Shown here one piece after another: positions 49,330-58,815 of a DNA stretch of 64,000 nt. Source of the stretch: a virus (taxonomy: Duplodnaviria; Heunggongvirae; Uroviricota; Caudoviricetes); the IMG/VR virus record IMGVR_UViG_3300039159_000198. One strand, given 5' to 3'. The notes beneath the pieces were generated by a model, which saw only the letters and a program-made list of their open reading frames with translations, did no database searches and was not told where the DNA came from. How positions within the stretch are numbered: the stretch's first letter is position 1; every line of letters begins with the position of its first letter. The position numbers were made by a program, and so were the translations under genes.

Positions 49330-49721
49330 TGAAATACATAATAAAAGAAAGTAAGTTAAATAACTTTATTACAGAATATATCGATGGATTATATGATGTT
49401 GATGATATTGATTGGGATTATGGTCGTGGTGCAGATGATGACGGTTTTGAAGATAGGGATATTGAAAATGAAGATTTTTTATTTTTTTATACAGGTGATT
49501 GGGAAGGTGAGGATGGAGATAATGTTATTTTTAATTATTTCAGTAAAGAATACTATAGTAATGATAGTTCCCCTTTTAAAGATAACGCACCAATTTTAGC
49601 TATTAAAGATGGTGATTATGATAGGTTTAATACTATGTTCAATGACTTTTGGAAAGAGCCAATGAAACAATGGTTTGAAAAAAACTTTAACTTACCTGTG
49701 AATACGATATCAAACGATTAA
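49326..49721 (+). CDS. Acidic hypothetical protein with MKYIIKES leader
   Basis: 131 aa coupled ORF. Confidence 0.65.
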   Translation: MMKYIIKESKLNNFITEYIDGLYDVDDIDWDYGRGADDDGFEDRDIENEDFLFFYTGDWEGEDGDNVIFNYFSKEYYSNDSSPFKDNAPILAIKDGDYDRFNTMFNDFWKEPMKQWFEKNFNLPVNTISND

Positions 49722-49723
49722 TT

Positions 49724-50173
49724 ATGAAAATATTAGTAAAGGAATCTCAATTAAGGAGAAAATTTGAAATCGTTACCAAAGATAATTTGGAAGATGATTA
49801 TATTGGTAAAAAAGTTATGGTGTATTATAATTTACATAAACATACTTTTTCGGTAAGATACAATAATAAAGTAGTTCTTAATGCCGATTATGTTAAATTA
49901 GGTGATGTAGAGTTTAGAGTTAGACCGGGAGGAAAAGATAGAGTTCGTTTAGAAAAACAAAAAAATGTCCACTCCTTTGTTATTGGAAATCTAATTGATT
50001 ATTGTAGTTACCCTTGTAGTGAAATACCAAGTGAACCTAATAATAACATTGTTACCTATCATCCGTATAAATACGATAGTTATGTTATGAAAAATACTGA
50101 GGAACCGACATACCGAGCAACTGAAGTTGATTTGATAAATTCAAAGAATAAACTATTTGTAGTTAAAAACTAA
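49724..50173 (+). CDS. Hypothetical protein with MKILVKESQ leader
   Basis: KKVMVYYNLHKHTFSV...KQKNVHSFV...YHPYK. Confidence 0.65.
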   Translation: MKILVKESQLRRKFEIVTKDNLEDDYIGKKVMVYYNLHKHTFSVRYNNKVVLNADYVKLGDVEFRVRPGGKDRVRLEKQKNVHSFVIGNLIDYCSYPCSEIPSEPNNNIVTYHPYKYDSYVMKNTEEPTYRATEVDLINSKNKLFVVKN

Positions 50174-50174
50174 T

Positions 50175-51212
50175 ATGCCATTACCAAAGAAAGTTATACC
50201 AACATTACCTTTAGTCCCACAGAAGACATTGTCTGCTCGTAGGGAACAATTATTAGAATACATAAATGAAGGAGGGACATACCTACCTAAATCTGTATTA
50301 CACGCAGACTTAGACCGAGGCATGTTAGATTTTGTTAAGAATGATTTAGAAGTCACTGTTGGTGGTAGTATTATTCCAATGGTAGATAGGATAATCACAA
50401 CACAAAATTGGTCTCAATATGTTGAAACTGCCTTATTTGTTGATTTGGACTATAACCCATCCCCGCCCTTTATCACAGTAGTTAGAAGTCCCGAAGTTAA
50501 ATTTGGTACTAATCCATCGTTACAATATACAATTCCTGATAGAAAACAATTTTATTATGCATCAGTTCCAACTTGGGACGGAAATGTACAAGGAATGGAC
50601 ATTTACACCATACCTCAACCAATACCGGTAGATATTAATTATAGTGTGAAAATTATTTGTAATAGAATGAGAGAACTCAATCAGTTGAATCTTATTGTTA
50701 TGCAGAAATTCTCATCGAAACAGGCATACACATTTATTAAAGGTCAATATGTTCCAATTGTTTTAAACAATATTTCAGATGAATCACAAATGAGTTTGGA
50801 CTCAAGAAAGTATTATGTTCAAAATTATGACTTCACTATGTTGGGTTATTTGATTGACGAAGAAGAGTTTGAAGTTAAACCGGCGATTGCCCGTGTCACC
50901 CAACTTATGGAATTATCCGGAGGGATAAACAAAAAAAGAGATAAAAATTTAAACAACCCAAATGAATTTTTAGAAAATTATTTGTTCGTTGTTGGTAATG
51001 ATACTTTGAGTGATGTTGTTGGTTATACTGCAAATCTTTCGTTTGGTACTTGGTCTAATGTTGATACCTACGATGTTTATATTAATGGTGATTATTTTGG
51101 TACTGATGTTCAAAATATACAGATAACAACTAACGATATTTTACGTATTGATGTTGTTAAAACTGACGATAATGAAGATGCCACAATACAATTTGTTAAT
51201 TTATTAGTTTAA
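50175..51212 (+). CDS. Putative tail completion/terminator protein
   Basis: PQPIPVDINYSVKIIC motif; directly upstream of the sheath gene. Confidence 0.55.
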   Translation: MPLPKKVIPTLPLVPQKTLSARREQLLEYINEGGTYLPKSVLHADLDRGMLDFVKNDLEVTVGGSIIPMVDRIITTQNWSQYVETALFVDLDYNPSPPFITVVRSPEVKFGTNPSLQYTIPDRKQFYYASVPTWDGNVQGMDIYTIPQPIPVDINYSVKIICNRMRELNQLNLIVMQKFSSKQAYTFIKGQYVPIVLNNISDESQMSLDSRKYYVQNYDFTMLGYLIDEEEFEVKPAIARVTQLMELSGGINKKRDKNLNNPNEFLENYLFVVGNDTLSDVVGYTANLSFGTWSNVDTYDVYINGDYFGTDVQNIQITTNDILRIDVVKTDDNEDATIQFVNLLV

Positions 51213-51370
51213 TTCTCACCGTAAATATCTTTCTTCTCTTTACAGGTATCCTCAATTAATTTTTCTAAAAACTTATAAATTTTTAATCCTCGTTTTTCAC
51301 AGTACTTTTTTAGTACGTCGTGGATGGCGGGGTCAATTTTAATATTCTTAATTTCTTTTGTTTGTTTCAT
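51209..51370 (-). CDS. Small ribbon-helix-helix protein (not in the ORF track)
   Basis: MKQTKEIKNIKIDPAIHDVLKKYCEKRGLKIYKFLEKLIEDTCKEKKDIYGEN*. Confidence 0.75.
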   Translation of the reverse strand: MKQTKEIKNIKIDPAIHDVLKKYCEKRGLKIYKFLEKLIEDTCKEKKDIYGEN

Positions 51371-51489
51371 AGGTAGAAAAAAGGTAGAATTTATTCATAC
51401 TCTTTACAAATACATATTCAAAAGTAAAGTTTTTTGTTATTCTATTGAATATTTATCTATAAATAAATCTACAATAGAATAATTAAATA

Positions 51490-54400
51490 ATGGCAACAGC
51501 ACAAGCAAATCAAAAAGTCTTCGTTTCACCGGGAGTTTATACTTCAGAAACCGACTTATCATTCGTGGCACAAAGTGTAGGTGTTACTACATTAGGATTA
51601 GTTGGTGAGACTTTAAAAGGTCCAGCCTTTGAACCGGTGTTTATAACAAACTATAACGAATTCCAATCATTTTTTGGTGGTACAGAACCAACAAAATTTA
51701 TCAATACACAAATTCCTAAATATGAAGCGTCATATATCGCTAAATCTTACTTACAACAATCAAATCAATTGTTTGTTACAAGAATCTTAGGTTTATCAGG
51801 ATACGATGCGGGACCATCTTGGAGTATTAGAGTTACGGCTAACGTCGACCCTACCACAGTAATTCAAAGTCCAACAGGAGCAACTTCATGGTCTGTTTCA
51901 TTTACAGGTTCAACAAGTGCGGGTACGGTTAATTTTGTAAGTGGTTCATTCCCAACTGTAGTTCAAGCAAATTTTAATACACAATATAGACTTTCAGATG
52001 GTAGTACTTCTACATACAACAACGATATTACAACAAGTATTCTAAATGTTGTTGGTGACCCAACATTATCGGCAACTACAGCAGTTGCTTACGGACCGAT
52101 TCCTGAAGGAGATTATTGGTCATTAATTAATCAGTATGGAAGTATTGTAAACGCTTATGGTGTTGATAATACTAATTTAGTGTTAAATGATTTAGAGGCG
52201 GGTAGTAATGATTCTTGGTTTTATGCGAACTTTAATAACTTTACGGGTAATTCTTATTCAGGATATTCTTTTGATTATGTATTTGACTCTATTGTTACTG
52301 GTATGACTGATGATTTTTCGGGTAGTATATCGGGTGAGTATTATCATTTCATAGGTACTGCTTATACTGAATATAATAATATGGTTGTCGCAACACTTCG
52401 TTCAAGAGGTATTTCATTATACACTAATTCCTCAACGAGTGATAATCACGGACCAATTTATGAAGTAAATGATGAAAATAATGTAATAATATTAAATACG
52501 GACCAATATGCTAGTATAGATAAGAATCCTTATACTGCGTTTGGTTTATCGGGTATAACTAAAGATGGGGATAATTTTACATTTGAAACTAATCTATCTG
52601 CATCGTCTTCTAAATTTATTACTAAAGTTTTAGGTGTCGATAATTTTGGAAAATCAAGAAATGAAGTTCCATTGTTTGTTGAAGAGATTTACCCTGCGTC
52701 ATTAGCATATGCGTATAACCAAGGATATATTAAAGGTATTAATCCTGAATTAGTTGCATTACCTGAAGCAAGAACTCAAAATCCTTCCTCTATTGCGTAT
52801 AGTGTTGGTCAATATCAATCACCAAGTACTCCTTATTTAGTATCTGAATTAAGAGGTAATAAAGTATTTAAATTATTTAAATTTATATCAATCTCCGATG
52901 GAGATGCTGCGAATGTTGAGGTTAAAGTTTCTATTGCAAACCTATCGTTTAACAATATGACGTTTGATGTATTAGTAAGAAATTTCTTTGATACTGATAC
53001 TAATCCTGTTGTTATTGAGAAATTTACAAATTGTAATATGGACCCTAATTCTAATAACTTTGTGGCTAAGAAACTTGGTACTGCAAATGGGGAATACGCA
53101 TTATTATCTAAATATGTAATGGTTGAATTAGCGGACGAAGCACCAATTGATGCAATTCCTTGTGGATTTGAAGGTTATACTCAAAGAGAATATGATACAG
53201 TATTAAACCCATCACCGGTTCCAAAATTTAAAACAAAATATTTCTTTCCGGGAGAAACAATTTCTGACCCACCATTTGGAGCAGCATCGGGAGGTTCAAA
53301 TCTTGTGGAATCTCCGGGAGATGTTGTTAGAAGAACTTATTTAGGTTTCTCAACACAATATGGTATTGACGAATCGTTCTTGTCTTATAAAGGTAAACAA
53401 ACTCCACAATCATGGGTTATTGCACCACAACCAATTGAAGGATTGAATTGGAATTATGTTAGTAAAGGTTTCCACATGGATTCAGGAGCAACGGTTGTTA
53501 CAATTTCAAATAGTTCATTAACTAGTGGTCAAACCGCTTTTGAATGTGGTACCGCTGATTTTAGAAATGACCCTGAAACTCAAGAAAACCCATATTACTT
53601 TATATATTCAAGAAAATATACAGTATGTTTTGCTGGTGGATTTGACGGATGGGATATCTATAGAGAATTTAGAACCAATCAAGATAGATTTCAATTAGGA
53701 CAATCAGGATTTTTAGCGGGAGCGTCATCTTCTACAAGATACCCTAACGCTACAGGTAGTGGTTTATTCAAAAGAATTACTGTTGGAAACAATACTCAAG
53801 ATTTTGCAAATACTGACTACTACGCTTACCTACTTGGTATTTTAACCTTCAGAAACCCTGAGGCAACCAACATTAATATTTTAGCAACATCTAGCATTGA
53901 TTATGTGAATAACTCAAATCTTGTTGAAGAAACTATTGATATGGTTCAATACCAAAGAGCGGACTCAGTGTATATTGCAACAACACCTGATTATAATATG
54001 TATACCCCGGATTCAACTAACTCTCAAGATATTATTTATCCTCAAGAATCTGTTGATAATTTGGACAATACGGGAATTGACTCTAACTATACCGCAACAT
54101 ATTATCCTTGGATTTTAACAAGAGATACAGTAAATAATACACAAATTTATTTACCTGCGACAGGTGAAGTTTGTAGAAACTTAGCATTAACCGATAACAT
54201 CGCTTTCCCATGGTTCGCATCTGCGGGTTATACAAGAGGTCTTGTTAATTCTGTTAAAGCAAGACTTAAACTAACTCAAGAAGATAGAGATACACTATAT
54301 CAAGGTAGAATTAATCCAATTGCTACATTCTCGGATGTGGGTACAGTAATTTGGGGTAATAAAACATTACAAGTTGCTGACACGGCACTTAACAGATTGA

Positions 54401-54702
54401 ACGTAAGAAGATTATTACTTCAAGCTCGTAAGTTGATTTCAGCGGTGGCAGTAAGATTATTGTTTGAACAAAACGACCAAATCGTTAGACAACAATTCTT
54501 AGATAGTGTTAATCCAATCTTAGATTCAATTAGGAGAGATAGAGGTTTATACGATTTCCGTGTAACAGTTTCATCTTTACCTGAAGACTTAGACCGAAAT
54601 ACATTAACAGGTAAAATTTACTTGAAACCTACGAAAGCATTGGAATTCATTGACATTGAATTCTTCATTACCCCAACAGGAGCTTCGTTTGAGAATATTT
54701 AA
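51490..54702 (+). CDS. Contractile tail sheath protein
   Basis: FVSPGVYTSETD; PWFASAGYTRG; RDTLYQGRINPI; IWGNKTLQ; RLNVRRLL; PTKALEFIDIEF. Confidence 0.95.
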   Translation: MATAQANQKVFVSPGVYTSETDLSFVAQSVGVTTLGLVGETLKGPAFEPVFITNYNEFQSFFGGTEPTKFINTQIPKYEASYIAKSYLQQSNQLFVTRILGLSGYDAGPSWSIRVTANVDPTTVIQSPTGATSWSVSFTGSTSAGTVNFVSGSFPTVVQANFNTQYRLSDGSTSTYNNDITTSILNVVGDPTLSATTAVAYGPIPEGDYWSLINQYGSIVNAYGVDNTNLVLNDLEAGSNDSWFYANFNNFTGNSYSGYSFDYVFDSIVTGMTDDFSGSISGEYYHFIGTAYTEYNNMVVATLRSRGISLYTNSSTSDNHGPIYEVNDENNVIILNTDQYASIDKNPYTAFGLSGITKDGDNFTFETNLSASSSKFITKVLGVDNFGKSRNEVPLFVEEIYPASLAYAYNQGYIKGINPELVALPEARTQNPSSIAYSVGQYQSPSTPYLVSELRGNKVFKLFKFISISDGDAANVEVKVSIANLSFNNMTFDVLVRNFFDTDTNPVVIEKFTNCNMDPNSNNFVAKKLGTANGEYALLSKYVMVELADEAPIDAIPCGFEGYTQREYDTVLNPSPVPKFKTKYFFPGETISDPPFGAASGGSNLVESPGDVVRRTYLGFSTQYGIDESFLSYKGKQTPQSWVIAPQPIEGLNWNYVSKGFHMDSGATVVTISNSSLTSGQTAFECGTADFRNDPETQENPYYFIYSRKYTVCFAGGFDGWDIYREFRTNQDRFQLGQSGFLAGASSSTRYPNATGSGLFKRITVGNNTQDFANTDYYAYLLGILTFRNPEATNINILATSSIDYVNNSNLVEETIDMVQYQRADSVYIATTPDYNMYTPDSTNSQDIIYPQESVDNLDNTGIDSNYTATYYPWILTRDTVNNTQIYLPATGEVCRNLALTDNIAFPWFASAGYTRGLVNSVKARLKLTQEDRDTLYQGRINPIATFSDVGTVIWGNKTLQVADTALNRLNVRRLLLQARKLISAVAVRLLFEQNDQIVRQQFLDSVNPILDSIRRDRGLYDFRVTVSSLPEDLDRNTLTGKIYLKPTKALEFIDIEFFITPTGASFENI

Positions 54703-54712
54703 TAAAAACCAT

Positions 54713-54736
54713 AAGTGGGGGTAACTCCCCACTTTT
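54713..54736 (+). terminator. Intrinsic terminator/attenuator after the sheath gene
   Basis: AAGTGGGG-GTAACT-CCCCACTTTT. Confidence 0.7.
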
Positions 54737-54744
54737 AGCCAACT

Positions 54745-55575
54745 ATGAAAAAAATTACAATAAAAGAAGGGATTAATGAACAGGGGACACCTGATATGAA
54801 ATATTACGCATTCGATTGGGATGATAATATTGTTCATATGCCGACAAAAATTATTCTTAAAACTAAAGAAGGAGATGAAGTTGGTATGAGTACTGATGAT
54901 TTTGCGGAATATAGACATAAGATAGGTAAAGAACCATTTGAATATAATGGTGATACGATTATTGGTTTTGCGGAAGAACCATATAGAAATTTTGGAGTTA
55001 AAGGTAACAAAGATTTTTTAATTGATGCCATGAGAGCTAAACTTGGACCAGCGTTTGACGACTTTAGAGAGGCTATTAACGGAGGTTCTATATTTTCCAT
55101 CATAACGGCTAGAGGACATAGTCCAAGTACCTTAAAACAGGGTATTTATAATTATATCATAAAAGGGTTTCACGGTATTGATAAAGATGAACTAATAAAA
55201 AATTTAAAGAAATATAGAAGTATTTTTGGTGATGATGAGATGAGTGACGGTGAATTAATAAAAAACTATTTAGATATGTGTAGATTCCATCCGGTGTCTT
55301 ATAATGACCCTGAAGGAGCGTCAAATCCTGAGGAAGCTAAAGTTCGGGCAATGGATAAATTTGTTGACTATATTAAAGAAACTTCTTCTAAATTAGATAA
55401 AAAAGCATTTCTTAAAAAAGACATTAGTAATAATTTTGTACCATCAAAACCGACTATTGGGTTTTCAGACGATGATATAAGAAATGTGGAAGTAATGAGT
55501 AAACATTTTAAAGACAAACCTGGTAATATTGTTAAAACTTATTCAACTGCAGGAGGAATAAAAAAAGAATATTAA
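54745..55575 (+). CDS. HAD-superfamily phosphatase-like protein
   Basis: YAFDWDDNI (motif I), IITARGH (motif II), GFSDDD (motif IV). Confidence 0.75.
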   Translation: MKKITIKEGINEQGTPDMKYYAFDWDDNIVHMPTKIILKTKEGDEVGMSTDDFAEYRHKIGKEPFEYNGDTIIGFAEEPYRNFGVKGNKDFLIDAMRAKLGPAFDDFREAINGGSIFSIITARGHSPSTLKQGIYNYIIKGFHGIDKDELIKNLKKYRSIFGDDEMSDGELIKNYLDMCRFHPVSYNDPEGASNPEEAKVRAMDKFVDYIKETSSKLDKKAFLKKDISNNFVPSKPTIGFSDDDIRNVEVMSKHFKDKPGNIVKTYSTAGGIKKEY

Positions 55576-55776
55576 CTAGAAAAAAAAACTAGAATTAAAT
55601 AAACTAGTTATAAATAAATTAATAAAAAACTAGTAATAAAAAAACTAGAATTAAATAAACTAGTTATAAATAAATTAATAAAAAACTAGTAATAAAAAAA
55701 CTAGAATTAAATAAACTAGTTATAAATAAATTAATAAAAAACTAGTAATAAAAAAACTAGAATTAAATAAACTAGT
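55575..55776. repeat. 56-bp AT-rich tandem repeat (about 3.5 copies) with 12 ACTAG motifs
   Basis: ACTAGAATT recurs at 55588, 55644, 55700 and 55756. Confidence 0.95.
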
Positions 55777-55877
55777 CTGGACTATAATAATAAACATTTA
55801 ATTTCAGAAAGTCAATAAAAATATTTCCTATTTGGATATATTTATTATAATAAACAAAAAAAAATAATTTAAATAAT

Positions 55878-56366
55878 ATGGCTGATTTATTAATGAAAAT
55901 GCCGATTCCTTACGAACCGAAAAGACAGAATCGATTTATACTAAGGTTCCCATCAAGTTTAGGAATTAACGAATGGTTTGTTGAGAGTGCTAAAAGACCT
56001 GCAATTAAAATTGCGTCAACTGAAATACAATTTTTAAATACGTCAACATTTGTTGCAGGTAGATTTAATTGGGATGAAATTTCTGTTAAATTTAGAGACC
56101 CAATTGGTCCTTCTGCATCACAAGCTCTTATGGAGTGGGTTCGTTTACACGCTGAATCAGTAACAGGTCGTATGGGTTACGCCGCGGGATATAAGAAAGA
56201 TATTGATTTAGAAATGTTAGACCCAACAGGTGTTGTTGTTGAAAAATGGATTTTATATGGTACATTTTTGACTAATGTTGATTTTGGGGCGTTATCTTAT
56301 AGTACTGATGCTCTTGCTGACATTACAGTATCTCTTCGTATGGATAGATGTGTGCTCGTTTATTAG
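55878..56366 (+). CDS. Tail tube protein (gp19-like)
   Basis: YEPKRQNRF...GRFNWDEISVKFRD...LDPTGVVVEKWILYGTF. Confidence 0.9.
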   Translation: MADLLMKMPIPYEPKRQNRFILRFPSSLGINEWFVESAKRPAIKIASTEIQFLNTSTFVAGRFNWDEISVKFRDPIGPSASQALMEWVRLHAESVTGRMGYAAGYKKDIDLEMLDPTGVVVEKWILYGTFLTNVDFGALSYSTDALADITVSLRMDRCVLVY

Positions 56367-56430
56367 TTTTTTTTACATAACCTTTACAACCTAAATATAA
56401 ATCCGTATATTTATCATCAAATGATAATAT

Positions 56431-58011
56431 ATGGATTTTTCTTTTTTTACAACAGACAATAAGTCGGGATATAAAACTACTGAAAAGTGGTTATCAAAAA
56501 ATTACCCCCAACTTTACAACACAATTATTAATTATTCTTTAAAAATTGATTTAGAATTACCTTTTAAGGAAAAAATATGGTTTTATTATAATAATCTAAT
56601 GGAAAGACCTAAGTGTTTAACCTGTGGTTCAGAAATTAAGTTTAGAGGTAGATTTGACAACCCTTACGGTGAGTTCTGTAAGATTAACTGTTTCAACGGA
56701 AATAAAGAAGAAATGGTTAAAAGGCAAACCAATACATTCCAAAAAAAATATGGAGTTAATTATTATCCACAACATAAAGATTTTATTGGAAAACAAAAGA
56801 AAACCAAATTAGAAAAATATGGTGATGAAAATTTCAATAATACTGAAAAGTCAAAAAACACTAAAAAGTTAAAATATGATGACGAACATTATAATAACTC
56901 TGAAAAGTATAAAAAAACTTGTTTAGACAAATACGGTGAGGATAATTATTCAAGGACAAACAATTATAAAAATAAAATAATTGAAACCTATAAATCTCTT
57001 TATCCTAAAATTAATTTTACTGAGGTTAACAAATCGACGGTTATTATTAATTGTGATGTTTGTAATGGTGATTCCGAAATCACAAAACAATTATTATATG
57101 AAAGAGACAAGAGAAATTATAATCCTTGTATAGTGTGTAACCCTGTTGGAAATTCAAGTAGAAGCGGTTATGAAAGTGAAATTTGTAATTTTTTAACTGA
57201 AAATGGAATTGAATTTAAAACAAACGTAAAAATACCAAACAAAAATACTGAAATTGACATTTTCTTACCACTTTATAATTTGGGGTTAGAGGTAAATGGT
57301 GTTTATTGGCATAATGAGTTATTTAAACCAAAAAACTATCATTTAAAAAAAACTAATGATTGCGAGGAATCCGGAATTAGTTTAATTCATATATTTGAGG
57401 ATGAGTGGTTATATAATAAAGAAATTGTTATGTCAATATTGTTAAATAAAATAGGTAAGACGCCAACATTAATTTATGGGAGACAATGTGAAATAATTGA
57501 AATAACTTCTAATGTTTCCAAAAAGTTTTTAATTGAAAATCACATTCAAGGTAATGTTAATTCTAAAGTAAAACTTGGGTTAACTTATCAGGGTAAATTG
57601 GTTTCTGTTATGACATTTTCTAAGGGAAGAATTTTAATGGGAGGCAAGAGTGATGAGTGGGAGTTAAATAGGTTTAGTAATTTGACTAATGTGAATGTTA
57701 TTGGTGGGGCATCAAAACTATTTAAACATTTTTTAAAAACACAAAACCCAATCAAAATTGTGTCTTATTCGGATATTAGAATTTTTAATGGAGGTATGTA
57801 TGATAAATTGGGGTTTAAAAAAATATCTCAATCAAAACCTAATTATTGGTACGTTCTTAATGATGTTAGAAAACATAGGTTTGGATTTAGAAAATCAATT
57901 TTGGTTAAAGAAGGTTTTGATAAAAACTTAACTGAACAAAAAATTATGTTTGATAGAAAAATATATAGAATTTATGATTGTGGAAATATTCGTTGGGAGT
58001 ACTCTTTATAA
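56431..58011 (+). CDS. Hef-like homing endonuclease
   Basis: KYG repeats, CDVC/CIVC, EIDIFLP..LGLEVNGVYWH, LIHIFEDEW, NHIQG, ELNRF, IYDCG. Confidence 0.8.
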   Translation: MDFSFFTTDNKSGYKTTEKWLSKNYPQLYNTIINYSLKIDLELPFKEKIWFYYNNLMERPKCLTCGSEIKFRGRFDNPYGEFCKINCFNGNKEEMVKRQTNTFQKKYGVNYYPQHKDFIGKQKKTKLEKYGDENFNNTEKSKNTKKLKYDDEHYNNSEKYKKTCLDKYGEDNYSRTNNYKNKIIETYKSLYPKINFTEVNKSTVIINCDVCNGDSEITKQLLYERDKRNYNPCIVCNPVGNSSRSGYESEICNFLTENGIEFKTNVKIPNKNTEIDIFLPLYNLGLEVNGVYWHNELFKPKNYHLKKTNDCEESGISLIHIFEDEWLYNKEIVMSILLNKIGKTPTLIYGRQCEIIEITSNVSKKFLIENHIQGNVNSKVKLGLTYQGKLVSVMTFSKGRILMGGKSDEWELNRFSNLTNVNVIGGASKLFKHFLKTQNPIKIVSYSDIRIFNGGMYDKLGFKKISQSKPNYWYVLNDVRKHRFGFRKSILVKEGFDKNLTEQKIMFDRKIYRIYDCGNIRWEYSL

Positions 58012-58032
58012 AAAAACAAACTCAATTATATT

Positions 58033-58069
58033 TAACCGTAAAGACAATAAACTTTACGGTTATTTTTTT
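58033..58069 (+). terminator. Hairpin plus T tract ending just before the chaperone ATG
   Basis: TAACCGTAAAG-N8-CTTTACGGTTA (11-bp perfect stem) followed by T7. Confidence 0.65.
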
Positions 58070-58071
58070 AT

Positions 58072-58815
58072 ATGGAAAATCAAACAGCAGATTATGCACA
58101 ACAAAATTTTACCTTACCACATGATGTAGTCCCACTACCATCGGGAGGAATATTTTACAAAAACAAAAAGAAATCTATTAAGGTAGGTTATCTTACGGCA
58201 AACGATGAAAACATTTTAATGGCCGGTGGAACTGACATGACCACAAATTTATTAAGAAGTAAAATTTACGAACCAGATATCAGAGTTGAAGATATGTTAG
58301 AAGGCGACGTTGAGGCGGTTTTAATCTTTTTAAGAAACACAGGATTTGGTCCCGAAATTAATTTAAATTTAATTGACCCTTTAACTCGAAAACCATTTCA
58401 ATCAGTAGTACTCTTAGACCAGTTATCGATTAAAAATGGTCAAACACCAAATGAAGAAGGAGTTTTTACAACTACACTACCAAAGTCACAAGTTAGTATT
58501 AAATTAAAAATATTAACATACGGTGAAGTTTTGGAGATAAGTAAATTAGAAGATTCTTATCCTAAAGGAAGAATAGTTCCAAAAATTACTTGGAGACTTC
58601 AAAAAGAAATTGTTGAGGTAAATGGAAATACCGATAAATCAGAAATAGCAAAGTTTATTGAACAAATGCCAATTATGGATTCAAAATACATAAGAAATTT
58701 TATGGATGAGAATGAACCACGATTGAATTTAAGTAAAGAAGTAATCACCCCATCAGGAGAAAAGATGACAGTTAATGTCGGATTTGGGGTTGACTTTTTT
58801 CGTCCTTTCTTCTGA
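58072..58815 (+). CDS. Tail assembly chaperone / gp26-like hub assembly protein
   Basis: VPLPSGGIFY..YLTANDENIL..LIFLR..GVDFFRP; lies between tube and tape measure. Confidence 0.75.
   Translation: MENQTADYAQQNFTLPHDVVPLPSGGIFYKNKKKSIKVGYLTANDENILMAGGTDMTTNLLRSKIYEPDIRVEDMLEGDVEAVLIFLRNTGFGPEINLNLIDPLTRKPFQSVVLLDQLSIKNGQTPNEEGVFTTTLPKSQVSIKLKILTYGEVLEISKLEDSYPKGRIVPKITWRLQKEIVEVNGNTDKSEIAKFIEQMPIMDSKYIRNFMDENEPRLNLSKEVITPSGEKMTVNVGFGVDFFRPFF

Noticed and set aside
55575-55776. CRISPR array
   Set aside because: Units are identical end to end with no unique spacers, and there are no cas genes in the window
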